From positions 1 to 48,689 of the forward strand of contig NIVC01000039.1 of assembly GCA_002269645.1 (NCBI GenBank): a stretch of 48,689 nt of DNA, read 5' to 3'. Shown in pieces: positions 1 to 17,508 of this stretch. The DNA comes from Macrostomum lignano. Lineage: Eukaryota. The notes under the pieces are model-generated. The model did not search any database. It saw nothing but the letters and a program-made list of their open reading frames with translations, and was not told where the DNA came from. Within the stretch, counting starts at the first letter, position 1, and every line of letters starts with the position of its first letter. The position numbers and the translations under genes were made by a program.

Positions 1-503
1 TAAAATCTCACCTGTAGCACTGAATTCGTGCTAAAATCTCACCTGTAGCGCTGAATTGGCGCTAAAATCTCACCTGTAGCGCTGAATTGGCGCTAAAATC
101 TCACCTGTAGCGCTGAATTGGTGCTAAAATCTCACCTGTAGCACTGAATTGGCGCTAAAATCTCACCTGTAGCACTGAATTGGCGCTAAATCTCACCTGT
201 AGCACTGAATTGGCGCTAAATCTCACCTGTAGCACTGAATTGGCGTTAAAATCTCACCTGTAGCGCTGAATTGGCGCTAAAATCTCACCTGTAGCGCTGA
301 ATTGGCGCTAAATCTCACCTGTAGCGCTGAATTGGCGCTAAAATCTCACCTGTAGCACTGAATTGGCGCTAAATCTCACCTGTAGCACTGAATTGGCGCT
401 AAAATCTCACCTGTAGCACTGAATTGGCGCTAAAATCTCACCTGTAGCACTGAATTGGCGCTAAAATCTCACCTGTAGCACTGAACTGGCGCTAAAATCT
501 CAC
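1..503. repeat. 31-bp tandem minisatellite (GCTAAAATCTCACCTGTAGCRCTGAATTGGC), ~16 copies, truncated by the window start
   Basis: Unit recurs at 61, 92 and onward; some copies are 30 bp (one A lost). Confidence 0.97.
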
Positions 504-1325
504 GTGTGGTGCTCAATTGACTCTAAAATATCAGGCCGTATGAATAAAGTCTGTAAGAACTTGCAAGTTCCGCCTTAAAATTTGAGACGGAGCAGCTGCT
601 TAAGTCTGGGAATTCTGCGTCTCTGGTCAGGTCGGAAGACTGGCGATCCGGATAAAGTTCCGTTGAGCGGGAGCTTATTTCGGAAAGAATTTTGAGCAAA
701 TTCTCTAGATCAAGTTGTTTCTCAGAAGTCACCGCTCCGTTTATTCATACAGACTTGAGACCGAGATGAAACTCCTTGGTTTCATTTTATTGCTGAATAT
801 CTGTAAATTATGCAATTCACTCATTTAAAAATCATTTGGTTTTGGCAAAAGAAACTGACTGTCTCTGGACCTCTAGCGCTCCCCCTCCCTACTCCTGCCT
901 GAGCTTACAAGAGCTATAGGGAATTAAGTTCTACCAAAACTGCACAGCAAACGGACAGGAAATTTTCTGCGACCGCGACAGCTGTTTCGGCCTGTCTTCT
1001 TTTTGTATCCGCAGCTTAGGTCGAAGAGCCACTGGCCTGCGCTGGGAAGAAAAAATTTTTCGCTTGGAGCTGACTGTTAGCTGCAGTCAGTAGCGCAACT
1101 GTGCCTGCATATTGGCAAGTGTAGACTGCATCAGCTGTTGCTGCCGCTAAAAACCACCCCGTGCGGGTAGGGAGAGGAAGGGAAGGAGAAGACACGGCCA
1201 GCGCAGTATAAATCAAGCAGCAATATTCGACTGCTGTTCTTTCTAATCTTTCTATTTTCTTCGCACAGCAACTTTGCCAGAGAAGAGCCCAGCTATTGGT
1301 AAGCACAATGCACTGAATTACTGTT

Positions 1326-2200
1326 GGGTCTTAGTGTTCCAGTCTTGGTTCCTACAGCATGGGGTCTTAGTGTTCCAGTCTTGGTTCCTACAGCATGGGG
1401 TCTTAGTGTTCCAGTCTTGGTTTCTACAGCCTGGGTCTTAGTGTTCCTGTCTTGGTTCCTAAAGCCTGGGTCTTACTGTTCCAGTCTTGGTTCCTACAGC
1501 CTGGGTCTTACGAGCGTACTGTTCCAGTCTTGGTTCCTACAGCCTAGGTCTTAGTGTTCCTGTCTTGGTTCGTACAGCCTAGGTCTTAGTGTTCCAGTCT
1601 TGGTTCCTACAGCCTGGGTCTTACGAGCGTACTGTTCCAGTCTTGGTTCCTACAGCCTAGGTCTTAGTGTTCCTGTCTTGGTTCGTACAGCCTAGGTCTT
1701 AGTGTTCCTGTCTTGGTTCGTACAGCCTAGGTCTTAGTGTTCCTGTCTTAGTTCCTACAGCCTGGGGTCTTAGTGTTCCAGTCAATTAGTTCCTACTGCA
1801 TCGGTCTTACTGTTCCTGTGTTAGTTCCTACTACTTGGGTCTTACTGTTCTTGTCTTGATTCTTACAGCAGGGGTCTTACTGTTCTTGTCTTGATTCTTA
1901 CAGCAGGGGTCTTACTGTTCTTGTCTTGATTCTTACAGCCTGGGTCTTGCTGTTCCTGTCTTGATTCCTACAGCCTGGGGTCTTAGTGTTCCAGTCTTGG
2001 TTCCTACAAACTGGGGTCTTGCTGTTCCTGTCTTGGTTCCTACAGCCTGGGTCTTACTGTTCCTGTCTTGATTCCTACAGCCTGGGGTCTTACTGTTCCA
2101 GTCTTGGTTCCTACAGCCTGGGGTCTTACTGTTCCTGTCTTGGTTCCTACAGCCTGGGTCTTGCTGTTCCTGTCTTGATTCCTACAGCCTGGATCTTACT
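1326..2200. repeat. 35-36-bp tandem minisatellite (GGGTCTTAGTGTTCCAGTCTTGGTTCCTACAGCCT)
   Basis: Direct tandem periodicity with increasing divergence toward the 3' end; explains the repetitive ORFs 1324-1554 and 1986-2219. Confidence 0.95.
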
Positions 2201-3187
2201 GTCTTTTACCAATTACTAAAGCCTGTTCAATGCTTAGCAGCTCTGTTTCTGTTGTCAAGGTAGTGACTAAGTCATCTGACGCCTGTTTAACGCGTAGCTG
2301 ATGTGCACTTTATTAATTTGTTTACTCACTCTCGCAGCATGATTTGACACGGCAAATACAGACTATTTACCTAAGCAATTATACTCTTTGAGTGCAGACT
2401 AATTCATTGTCAAATCAATAATTCGAGGCAATTAACAAAGCCTTTCCAGTGTGCAATCGAGACGAAAAGAACTTGTTGCCAACAGTGATAAACCGTGTGA
2501 ATTGTAACACTTTCGAGTTAGAGTAGGAATGGCTAAGAGGCAATTGTGAACCATCTTCTAACGTGTAGCTACTAGCGCTAAGAGTGTAACACGAGAAATT
2601 CGCATCCTATAGACTTAGGAAGGTGCGTAGGAAGGTCGCATCCCGATCGTGACTGGAGAAACATCTGCAGCAGATTGAATCAGATTTCTTCGCGTGACTT
2701 TACTGCAATTCTCAGACGATTGCAAGCATTAAAGTATTAAAGCGGAAGGATTTTTTTAGAATAAAAGATGTCGGATCAAACTGCTTTTGTCTAGCAAACT
2801 TTAGGCTAACTGAACTTTACTGAAGTCGAGATATCGTTTCGTTTCCTTTGCGCATTTGAAGCGGCTACATCATGCAAAAATCAGTCTACTATAATACCCA
2901 AGAACCAAACCCTAGTGGCATAGCAACTATTGGAAGTAGACAAATATGAGCTATCTACATCACACTAAATGCTCTGGCAAAGTTTGGTCGTTGTCACCAT
3001 CGGAACATCTATAATTAAGGAGAACTACCACATCCTTTAGTAGACATTTTACCTGTTTTGAAATGAATCTTGAAGCCTTAACATTTTTTTCCTTCATGAC
3101 ATACCGGACAACTTTAGAAGCTTGTAGATGTGGACTACCTAAAAAGTCATATTTGTTATATAAAAAATTGCTATATCGGGATCTCTT

Positions 3188-3412
3188 AGACATCGGGATT
3201 CGGGATTTACATCAGGATTGCTAGACATCGGGATTCGAATTTATATAGAGATTGCTAGACATCGGGATTCGAGATTTATATAGAGATTGCTAGACATCGG
3301 GATTCGAGATTTATATAGAGATTGCTAGACATCCGGATTCGGGTTTTACATCGGGATTGCTAGACATCGGGATTCGGGATTTACATCGGGATTGCCAGAC
3401 ATCGGGATTCGG
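3188..3412. repeat. ~35-bp tandem repeat (TAGACATCGGGATTCGRGATTTAYATMGRGATTGC), ~6 copies, just upstream of the SLC3 gene
   Basis: Visible tandem units, followed by the palindrome CGGGATCCCG at about 3415-3424. Confidence 0.9.
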
Positions 3413-3514
3413 GACGGGATCCCGTCGGAGGCCTTCATCAAATTAACCGCGCAGCAATTTATTGATTCGAGTATCTCGCACCTGCCCGCAGTTCGCTAAG
3501 CGATTCATTTAGCA

Positions 3515-5446
3515 ATGGTAAAAACGCCACCGACCAGCGAGCAGGATCCTGAGCAGCCGCCTACTCAACATGTCGACGACGATGCCGCTGATGCGCTGCC
3601 TCTGGTGGAGATCGCGGACCCATCGCGCAAAAGTGAGCACCAGAACGAGCAGCGCCAGCCAGCGCCGCAGCTCTCCGGACTCACGAGAGAGGAGCTCGAG
3701 GCCTACGTCAATGACCCGTTTTGGCGCCGGCTCCGCCTAGCAACCCTCTGCCTGTTCGCTGCCCTGTGGCTCTGCATGTTCGCAGCGGTCATTGTCATTG
3801 TGGTGGCCTCGCCAAAATGCCCGCCCAGGCCTCCCAGGCAGTTCTGGCAGCGGCCCGTCTACCGCCTGCAGCTGGCCGCATTCGCCCCTGCAACCAACTC
3901 GGATCCGAGCGCGGTTGGCAGCCTGGCTGGGCTGGCCAACCGACTGGCGTACCTGCGCGACACCCTTGGCATGTCCAACTTCCTCATTGGCGGCGGTGTC
4001 AACCCGGTCGGTCCGGCGTCCGGCTGCCCGACCGACTTTGCCGCCATCAGGCCGCCACTGGGCCGACTGAGCGACCTGAGCGCTCTGGCTAAGAAGGGCC
4101 GCAAGAAGGGCTTCAATCTGATACTGGAGCTCGACCTCAGCCAGGCCGATCCCGCTTGGTCGGACAAGCCCGACGACTTCATCAAATCGCCCTGGCCTGG
4201 AAAATCCAGCCGCGACTCGAAATTGGCCTGGAGCAACGAGCAGCTTCATCTTCCGCGCTCCACCTGCAACTCGCTGAATGTCAGCTCGCCAAGCGTCCGA
4301 TCGCGTCTCGGCGCCGCCCTAACCGCCTGGCTCGACGCCGGCGTCTCTGGCTTCCTACTAAACAACGTCGCTTTCATGGCACCAACAGTCGCGGACAGCC
4401 CGCCGATCCCAAACTCCGATTGGTTCGCCAGCGATCCCGTGCCTCATCTGTATAGCAACTCGAGCGTCGAATTTGTGCGCTGGGCACGAGGGCTGCTGAA
4501 TCAGGAGGCCGACCGCCTCGGCCGTGACTTAGCGCTGTTCGTTGATCCCGGAAACACTGGATTCTCCCAGCCGCCCGACCGTCTGGCGGCCTATCTAGCA
4601 GCTGGAGCGCACGCCGTGGTCAGCGTCGGGCTCGGCCGGCCGTTGAGCGAAAAATCTCCCGCTGGTGCCGACTCTTCCAACGCACGCCGTCTCGTCGAGT
4701 CCGTGATGGCCGCCGTCGGAAGCAAATTCGAAGGCGGCGTCATTTTCGCCACCGCTTGGCCGAGCCTTCGCCGTCCGACGGACCCGATGCTGACCGCCTT
4801 GTCGCTCACCCTGCCGGGAGTGCCGTGTCTCTACTACGGCCAGGAGCTGGGCATGGTTCACGTGCCTGGCGTACGTTTCCAAAGCAACTCGTCTTTACTG
4901 TCAAGCTACCTGCCCGGCAACGACTCCACGGATCCATCAGAGACGCCAATGCAATGGTCCGGCTCCGCCGCTAACGCCGGCTGGCTAAAGAACACTAGTT
5001 CCCGACTTGACTGGGTGGACCTGCAGCCACGTGCCGCCGACATCCGGGCTCACAACTTGCGCCGCTTGGCCGCCTCCGGCCATCCAGCCTCGGCGCTGCA
5101 ATTCGTCCGCGATCTTCTAGGCCTGGTGAGCAGTCTTGAGTCGCTACAGTGGGGCCGAGTCGACTTCCTTCCGACTCCGGCGGGCAGCTCGGCCGGCCTA
5201 ATAGCTTTCCGACGCCGTGCGGTTCGCTTCCCGGCTGTGTTCGTCGTCAGGAACCCGGGGGCGGTGTCGGCTACAGTGGACCTGACGGCTGGCGAAGCCG
5301 ACAGCGGATCAGTGACCGGCTCGCTGAAGCTGATTTACTCTGGCGGAGGCGGAGCCGGCGGCGCGTACGAAGTTGGCCAGTCCTACAGGCTGGATAGGGT
5401 CTTCGTGCCGGAATTCAGCACGCTGGTGTTTCTGGCTGACTCATGA
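3515..5446 (+). CDS. SLC3A2: SLC3-family heteromeric amino-acid transporter heavy chain (4F2hc/CD98hc/rBAT-like), 643 aa, single coding exon
   Basis: N-terminal LTREELEAYVNDPFWRRLR followed by one TM helix ending in SPKC (the Cys that links to the light chain). GH13 alpha-amylase-like ectodomain motifs: LTLPGVPCLYYGQELGM, TPMQWS, SLQWG. The nucleophile strand reads GVSGFLLNN rather than GVDGFRxD. AATAAA at 5598-5603. The symbol is a family-level call; SLC3A1 vs SLC3A2 orthology is not resolved. Confidence 0.9.
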   Translation: MVKTPPTSEQDPEQPPTQHVDDDAADALPLVEIADPSRKSEHQNEQRQPAPQLSGLTREELEAYVNDPFWRRLRLATLCLFAALWLCMFAAVIVIVVASPKCPPRPPRQFWQRPVYRLQLAAFAPATNSDPSAVGSLAGLANRLAYLRDTLGMSNFLIGGGVNPVGPASGCPTDFAAIRPPLGRLSDLSALAKKGRKKGFNLILELDLSQADPAWSDKPDDFIKSPWPGKSSRDSKLAWSNEQLHLPRSTCNSLNVSSPSVRSRLGAALTAWLDAGVSGFLLNNVAFMAPTVADSPPIPNSDWFASDPVPHLYSNSSVEFVRWARGLLNQEADRLGRDLALFVDPGNTGFSQPPDRLAAYLAAGAHAVVSVGLGRPLSEKSPAGADSSNARRLVESVMAAVGSKFEGGVIFATAWPSLRRPTDPMLTALSLTLPGVPCLYYGQELGMVHVPGVRFQSNSSLLSSYLPGNDSTDPSETPMQWSGSAANAGWLKNTSSRLDWVDLQPRAADIRAHNLRRLAASGHPASALQFVRDLLGLVSSLESLQWGRVDFLPTPAGSSAGLIAFRRRAVRFPAVFVVRNPGAVSATVDLTAGEADSGSVTGSLKLIYSGGGGAGGAYEVGQSYRLDRVFVPEFSTLVFLADS

Positions 5447-6844
5447 AGGATCTTGGCTCTCGGCGAAAAAAAAGAAATACAATACATTGACTCAATTAGG
5501 AGGGCTAGAGCTAGAGAAGAAAAATGACAGTTCATCAAAAGCAGACACTTTGCCCCTCCGAAAGTCCATACAGCGGCTTAATTAGAGAAAGTATCCGAAT
5601 AAAAAAATGGCGCACTCCGTGCAAACCACCTTTTTGGCCATCTCGTTCTCCGGACTAATAAGTTAAGATCGTGACAGATGTGACATTTGCTGACTCAGTC
5701 TTTTGCTAATCCTTTCACTGGCTTGAATCTACGCTTGTAAGTAAAGAATTCAGCTGACAGAAAAGACTAATTATAAACTGGTTTAATTCGACATCGAGAG
5801 CGCGTCTGGGTTTAATACTCGCCAGATTTGCTATTTATAAATCATAACCAAAGCTGCAATGTATTGTTTAGTAATTGGCACGAAATTTACGTTAGTACTT
5901 ACTAATAGTAGACCACTGTTTCAAATGAAGAAGTTTATGTTAAGTTAGTTATAGGTTACTTATATATGAACAGTAATAGCAGCGGTTTGAGATCGCAGTG
6001 CATACGCAGAACAAGCGAAACAATAGGTAACAATCCAAATTACCAGACCTGAACCTCGCGATCCTTTGGTAGCATTTCTAAGAAGCAATTTGTAAATTAA
6101 GACAAAAATATTTAATTTGCGAAGAAGATAAAAATACATATTGAAAACACGGACTACTTAAGCAGGAGGACATAAATTGTCTCATATAAATTGTCGTTTC
6201 AGTTTCTTAGAAAATTATAGATGTTTTTACCGAAAAAATACATTACGGAGATAGGAGGTTTTCATTTTTTCGGTGCAAAAATTTGTTATTGCTTTCGATA
6301 GGAGGCAAACCCTTCGTTTATCTTTTAAAATGTCTTGCCTTTCTCATAGCCCTATTGCTATTCCTAGAGCTAGTACGGTCTACAAGCTAGTACAAATTTG
6401 TTACAGTCATTAAGCTAAAAATAATAAAATCGATTCGTAAAGCCAATGAGTCGAACTGTGCCATTTTTATGATTTTTAGACACAGTTTTTGACACTTGTA
6501 CCATTGTACGTAGGATAAAAAGCTAAAATAGAATCCTAAAGCTAAATAAACAAAAAGCTCTTACTCAAGCAGTCCTTGACTGGAAAGTGTATAGTCAATG
6601 CGCTATTACATTTTAATAGGAAGTGGTAGCAGGTCAACCAAATTTATGTGGATATTGTCGGCTAGAAAAAAGCTATCACAAGGCGTGCCGCCCATCCTAC
6701 TCTCTGAATTCTGAACAGTTTAAACATCCGTTGCTTACTGACATGTAAATATGTTTCTGATTGATATTCAAAGCCTCTACTAGCGTATTTGGCACGCGAA
6801 CAAATGTTTCAGACGCGAGCCGACCAGAATCCCCAATTAAGGTT

Positions 6845-8691
6845 TCAGTTGTTGGTTGGCTGGCCGCCTCCGCTGCCTTCGCCACTTGTCGGTCCGTAAG
6901 ACGTCGGCGGCGAGCTTCCAGTTGAGCCCGCCGAGGTGAGTGGCGTATTCTGGCTGGGCGGCGGCATCATCGGCTGCTGCTGCTGCATCACAGGTTGGGG
7001 AGCGGGCATGGCTGATGGCATCGGCATCGCTTGCTGGCTGGCTAGGGCCGCCTGGGCTTGCAGATCCATGTAGCTGCGGCCCTTTGCTTTAGCGAACGAA
7101 GCGTTCCGGAAGCTTTTAATAAAGTAGAGCAGAGCTAGGCCTAGGATAAGTGTGCCTGAAGAGAGGATTATGGGTGTGGGGTCGGTTGATGTTGTTACCA
7201 GCTGTTTTCCTGCTCTCGGGGGCCCACCCAAGCAACAACTCCAACTTTCATATCGTGGAAGACAGTAAGAAAACTTCATGCTGCACATAACCTCAGAACC
7301 TCATAAGCTTTAAAATTCACATTAAATAAAAAATAGTTTTCGCTGATTTGTTGTTTCGAGAATACAAAATTGACTGACATAGTGATAGTGCAGATAGCCC
7401 GGCCTTCAACCGAGACTGGCTCAACCACCTCGGGCCCAACCCGTCCCTGGACGACGCTTGCCGGCCGAGAACATCCCACGGCTCATCCGGTTCCTCCGAG
7501 CCACCAAACGAGCCTCCGTCTTTCCTACCGGAGACAACGCTGCAGACAGGACCGGCAGACCTCCCTGACCGGCCCCGCGCCCTAGCCTATGCGGGCCTTT
7601 TAGGGATTAGTGGAATTGGCGACGCTCGCCTCCCCGCTGCGTCTTCGGACCGCCCTGCAGCTAAGTCAAGTAAGTCAAGATAGTGCAGATAGAGAAGTAT
7701 CAATAGATATGCTTTTACTCTACTAGTAGTAGTTCAGGCTGGGGAAATGTTACTAGTGGAGACATACAAGGGGTTGGGAGTTTCTTTACATGTACAAACG
7801 TATTGCCATGCCTCAGAAATAATACTTTGAGACTCTCAGTATGAAGTTTCGAGCTTTTGAAGCGCCCCGCAAACGCCTTACCTGACAGCACAGCCTTCAA
7901 CACGCTCGAACTTTGGTCGTTGTTGCGCAAGAACAGCGGAATCGGTAGGGCAATGTACAGAATTGTCTTCCGCCAGCAGTCGATCCACTTGATTGCCCGC
8001 CAGATCATGCAACAGCAGCTCATGTCGCTGCGTGTTTTCAATTTGAGTAGAGATTGAGAAGGATATCGGAGTTGGTTGCAGTGGTTTCCTCACACCCTCA
8101 TATTTTTTATTGCATAAATGAACTAAGCAATTAGATGTGTGCCTCTTTTTTTAATCAGCACGTCACGAGATCTTCACTCACTCGCAGCAGTTGCACTTGT
8201 CGAACAGCCAGACAGATTCCAGAAAGGTCAGCAGAACTGTGATGCCTCTGAAAATTAAAATAAGTCGATATTCAGCGACGCCAAGGTGATTATATAGAAT
8301 TGTTTCATTATTCTATCACAATATAACAAACGGAACGCATTATCTTACAGCAGGTACCAGCCGTTGATTGTGTGGTACTTCTCTACCGTCAGAATGCTTA
8401 TCATCATGATGTAGAGACCTGTCAGAAGGGAAAGAATCTGAGATTCAGATGTGGAAATCAAAACGTTTTGCAAATGCTGAAGGCTAGACATCGCAAGTCT
8501 GTAAGACATGTCTGGGAAGTAATCTAGCCTTTTATTTTTGGCAATAGAAATGCCATAAAATTCTTCCCGAGCTTCGGCCTCAGGCCCTGCTTTTACTTAC
8601 AAACGACAACAACCAGGCCTGCCATGCGGCACAGCATGGTGATGTACTTGAAGCAGCAGGTTCTGTCCTCTTCTAGCTCGATAAAACGCAT
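6845..8691 (-). CDS. TMEM72/Flower(CACFD1)/TVP18-like multi-pass membrane protein, 227 aa, 5 exons
   Basis: complement(join(6845..7155,7882..8027,8182..8247,8349..8418,8601..8691)). All four introns are GT-AG with matching phases (1,2,2,1). Translation: MRFIELEEDRTCCFKYITMLCRMAGLVVVVCLYIMMISILTVEKYHTINGWYLLGITVLLTFLESVWLFDKCNCCDDMSCCCMIWRAIKWIDCWRKTILYIALPIPLFL...SGTLILGLALLYFIKSF plus a P/Q/S-rich tail. The family call comes from remembered motif similarity (LCRxxG, WYLL, WxxxWxKxxLY). Confidence 0.8.
7398..7678 (+). mobile_element. 5'-truncated non-LTR retrotransposon (LINE) 3' end with a 14-bp target-site duplication, in intron 4 of the TMEM72-like gene
   Basis: GATAGTGCAGATAG at 7384-7397 and 7679-7692 flanks a GC-rich 281-bp insert. 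The insert ends in a TAAGTCAAG-type tandem tail and encodes NIPRLIRFLRATKR, resembling a LINE ORF2 C-terminus. Confidence 0.72.
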
Positions 8692-9540
8692 GGTTGAATG
8701 AACTTAATTGTTTCTGTTACAGTCCTATCGATCAAGAATCGTGTACCGATTTCCACTGTAGCTGACGAAATCCGCCTTTCCTCACGGCTTCTGCAGTTTT
8801 TTTGCCCGAATTTGAAGGCTCAGTTGGGAGGTGGGCCGGTTGAGTTGGGCGAGGATCGCATGAGGCACTCCTGAAATCTCTGTCTTTTGTCTCCGCACAC
8901 TATTTCATTACTATAGCCACCCTCACTCAACCCGCTCGCCTTGTTCGTCTTCGCAGTCATGCCACTGCGAGTTAAACGCGCTTTTCTATCTCTCAGCTGT
9001 CTCCCTCCGCGCGCTTAGCCAAACTTGATCAAAGGCAAACAAATCTTCCAGTTCTGGAAAGAGAAAATCAATCAATTCACAGACTATGAGGGGGAATAGG
9101 GTTTTAGCGGAGCAGCCCACTCAATCTGTGCTCTGTCCCTTTAGCTCCTGAATAGAAGCAACGCAGTAACTGGACAAAAGTGATCTGGCTGACTTGCTTT
9201 GCAACGGCCATGCAAACTAAACTTTTGTTCCTCGAACTGTACTGTTATTTTCTGATTCATTTCATACTAGTGTAATCTAAGTAATTTCTGTGGGAAGATC
9301 TTCGTCGGGAACAAGCTAGTAAAGCACTCTAACGAGCGTATTGGTCTTAATATTTAACTGCAATTCAATAATTTTTAACGACATTTTTATTTTTCCTGAA
9401 AAGAAATGACGCGATTTTTACAAAACCGAAAAAAAGAATAGTCAGTTCAATGATGCAAAGAGTCATGGAGAATTGCTTTTACTAAGTAATTTAGTCAATT
9501 GGATCAATATAAAGCAAGCAAGTTTTCAACGTTTCAAGTC

Positions 9541-15066
<5,526 letters not shown>

Positions 15067-15850
15067 TCTGTTTAGTCTGTTTAGTCTTAGCAGCAGAAAA
15101 AAGCTCCAGGAGTCTTAGTGCTGCAGTACAGTTTGATGCAGAAGCTATGAAGATGCTGTCGGGGCACAACTGGAGTGCTTGGTTGGCACGCTAATGACGT
15201 TGTCGCCGTGGTATGGAGCGTGGGGTGGGCGTTTGCGACCTGTCATTCAGACTATTGGCTAGATGATGATGCGGTCGGTAACAGGCTGTTGGACGGATGC
15301 TAGCGGTGGGAGGGGAAAGACAGAGAGAGAGGTTGGGGAAGAGTAAGCTATGGCCTGAACCGGGGGAAGAGGGAGGTACGAAGCTGCAGTGGATGTCAGA
15401 CTGAGCTGTATAAAACTTCTGCTCACAAGGGGGAGAAAATATTGTCGGGAAGTGTTTGAGCAAGCTGAGTTGGCGGACCTTCCCAACGGGTTATGCTATG
15501 CTGGGCTGGGCTGGAGGAAATGGGTGGAACGAGCAGTATTGAGGTATGGGGCTTTATTGACCTGTGAAGTATTTCTGAGAATTTTTGCTTTCTAAGCCAC
15601 ATGTAACTGCTGTTGCTAACTGCATCCAGGTTGCTCTGAGGCTAAAACTCGCTTTGAAATATTGTTTCCATAACTTTTAATGCATGTATTGTTAAAACAC
15701 GTTTTGCAGAATATTGCAACAGTTTTAAATATGAGCTATACTCGTATTTGCATGACTGTGAACGATCTTTGAATGAATTTGAATGAATTTAAATCAACTC
15801 ATTGTAAAATAAATTTTGCTTTGTAGTCTGGAAATATAGTTAAAATCTGA

Positions 15851-16634
15851 CCCACTTCAAGAATCTGTCAGTGCAACTCTGCCCCACTTCAGTAATCTGC
15901 CAGCGCAACTCTGCCCCACTTCAGTAATCTGCCAGTACAACTCTGCCCCACTTCAGTAATCTGCCAGTGCAACTCTGCCCCACTTCAGTAATCTGCCAGT
16001 GCAACTCTACCCCACTTCAGTAATCTGTCAGTGCAACTCTGCCCCACTTCAGTAATCTGTCAGTGCAACTCTGCCCCACTTCAGTAATCTGCCAGTGCAA
16101 CTCTGCCCCACTTCAGTAATCTGTCAGTGCAACTCTGCCCCACTTCAGTAATCTGCCAGTGCAACTCTGCCCCACTTCAGTAATCTGCCAGTGCAACTCT
16201 GCCCCACTTCAGTAATCTGCCAGTGCAACTCTGCCCCACTTCAGTAATCTGCCAGTGCAACTCTGCCTTACTTCAGTAATCTGCCAGTGCAACCCTGCCC
16301 CAATTCAGTAATCTGCCAGTGCAACTCTGCCCACTTCAGTAATCTGCCAGTGCAACTCTGCCCCACTTCAGTAATCTGTCAGTGCAACTCTGCCCCACTT
16401 CAGTAATCTGCCAGTGCAACTCTGCCCCACTTCAGTAATCTGCCAGTGCAACTCTGCCCCACTTCAGTAATCTGCCAGTGCAACTCTGCCCCACTTCAGT
16501 AATCTGCCAGTGCAACTCTGCCTTACTTCAGTAATCTGCCAGTGCAACCCTGCCCCAATTCAGTAATCTGCCAGTGCAACTCTGCCCACTTCAGTAATCT
16601 GCCAGTGCAACTCTGCCCCACTTCAGTAATCTGC
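15851..16634. repeat. 32-bp tandem minisatellite (CCCCACTTCAGTAATCTGCCAGTGCAACTCTG), ~24 copies, between the three-finger gene and the nAChR start
   Basis: Unit recurs at 15914, 15946 and onward. Confidence 0.97.
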
Positions 16635-17508
16635 TCTATAATCTAGTTTGGAAATATATGCCAGTTGCCAGTATAAATTATCAATATGTAAAAAATATTA
16701 ACAGTAGGTCTAAAAGTACGATTAAACTACAAAGCTATTGTAGTCAAGAAAGCAGGAAAGCAAGAAAGCAAGCTTGACATAATTAATAAATATATGTATA
16801 CATATAATAAAACTGAAAATTAAAATGAAACATTTTCGAGCGAAAAAAACGAGACATCTACATGTACATTATATGCCCTTCTTCTTAATCTAATTTTAAC
16901 GTCTGTCCTGTACACAGATACTAGAATAACCTATAGCTGGGCCACTCAGCACATTTGCATGCAAGCTACTTTCAGTTCAGTAGTAAGTTAAACAGAAGCA
17001 TTTTAATGAATTTTTAAAGACAAGGCCTTTTTATTGGCTCTTACCCCCCAAGCTTAAACTCTCAAACTCCACACGGAACCTCTACCCCTGGCCCGCCACC
17101 CAATTTTTATTACCTTCCTCGGTTGTTTCAGCCATTAATAGTGTCAGTGGCCAATGTACATTATGGCTGAACCAATTAGAAAGCTGTTTACGCCTGCAGA
17201 CGGCTTCTACTAGCTTATCAAAGTCATTTCAGCTGCCTTTATTATAAAATAGCTTATGTATTCTTCATTGCTACTGAAATGAAAGTAGAAAGCTGTTTTG
17301 CTAAGTATATATGCCTGAGTGGCCCATCTATTATTCTAGTAATCTGTGGTTCTGAACCAGTTTCCCCTCTTAGAAAAGACTCAAATATATTAGTATTATT
17401 TTTATCATACGCTCGTATGTAAAACAAAAGAAACCGCTGTTTAAGAAAAGAAAGCTAAGTCTATTAAAATTCTAGCAAGAAAAAAGTGTTTCATCAATAA
17501 GTTCGAGC

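Noticed and set aside
523-1306. Short minus-strand ORFs between two minisatellites
   Set aside because: No recognisable domain and no consistent exon chain.
3721-5585. Short overlapping ORFs within the SLC3 CDS
   Set aside because: Alternative-frame and antisense by-products of GC-rich coding sequence.
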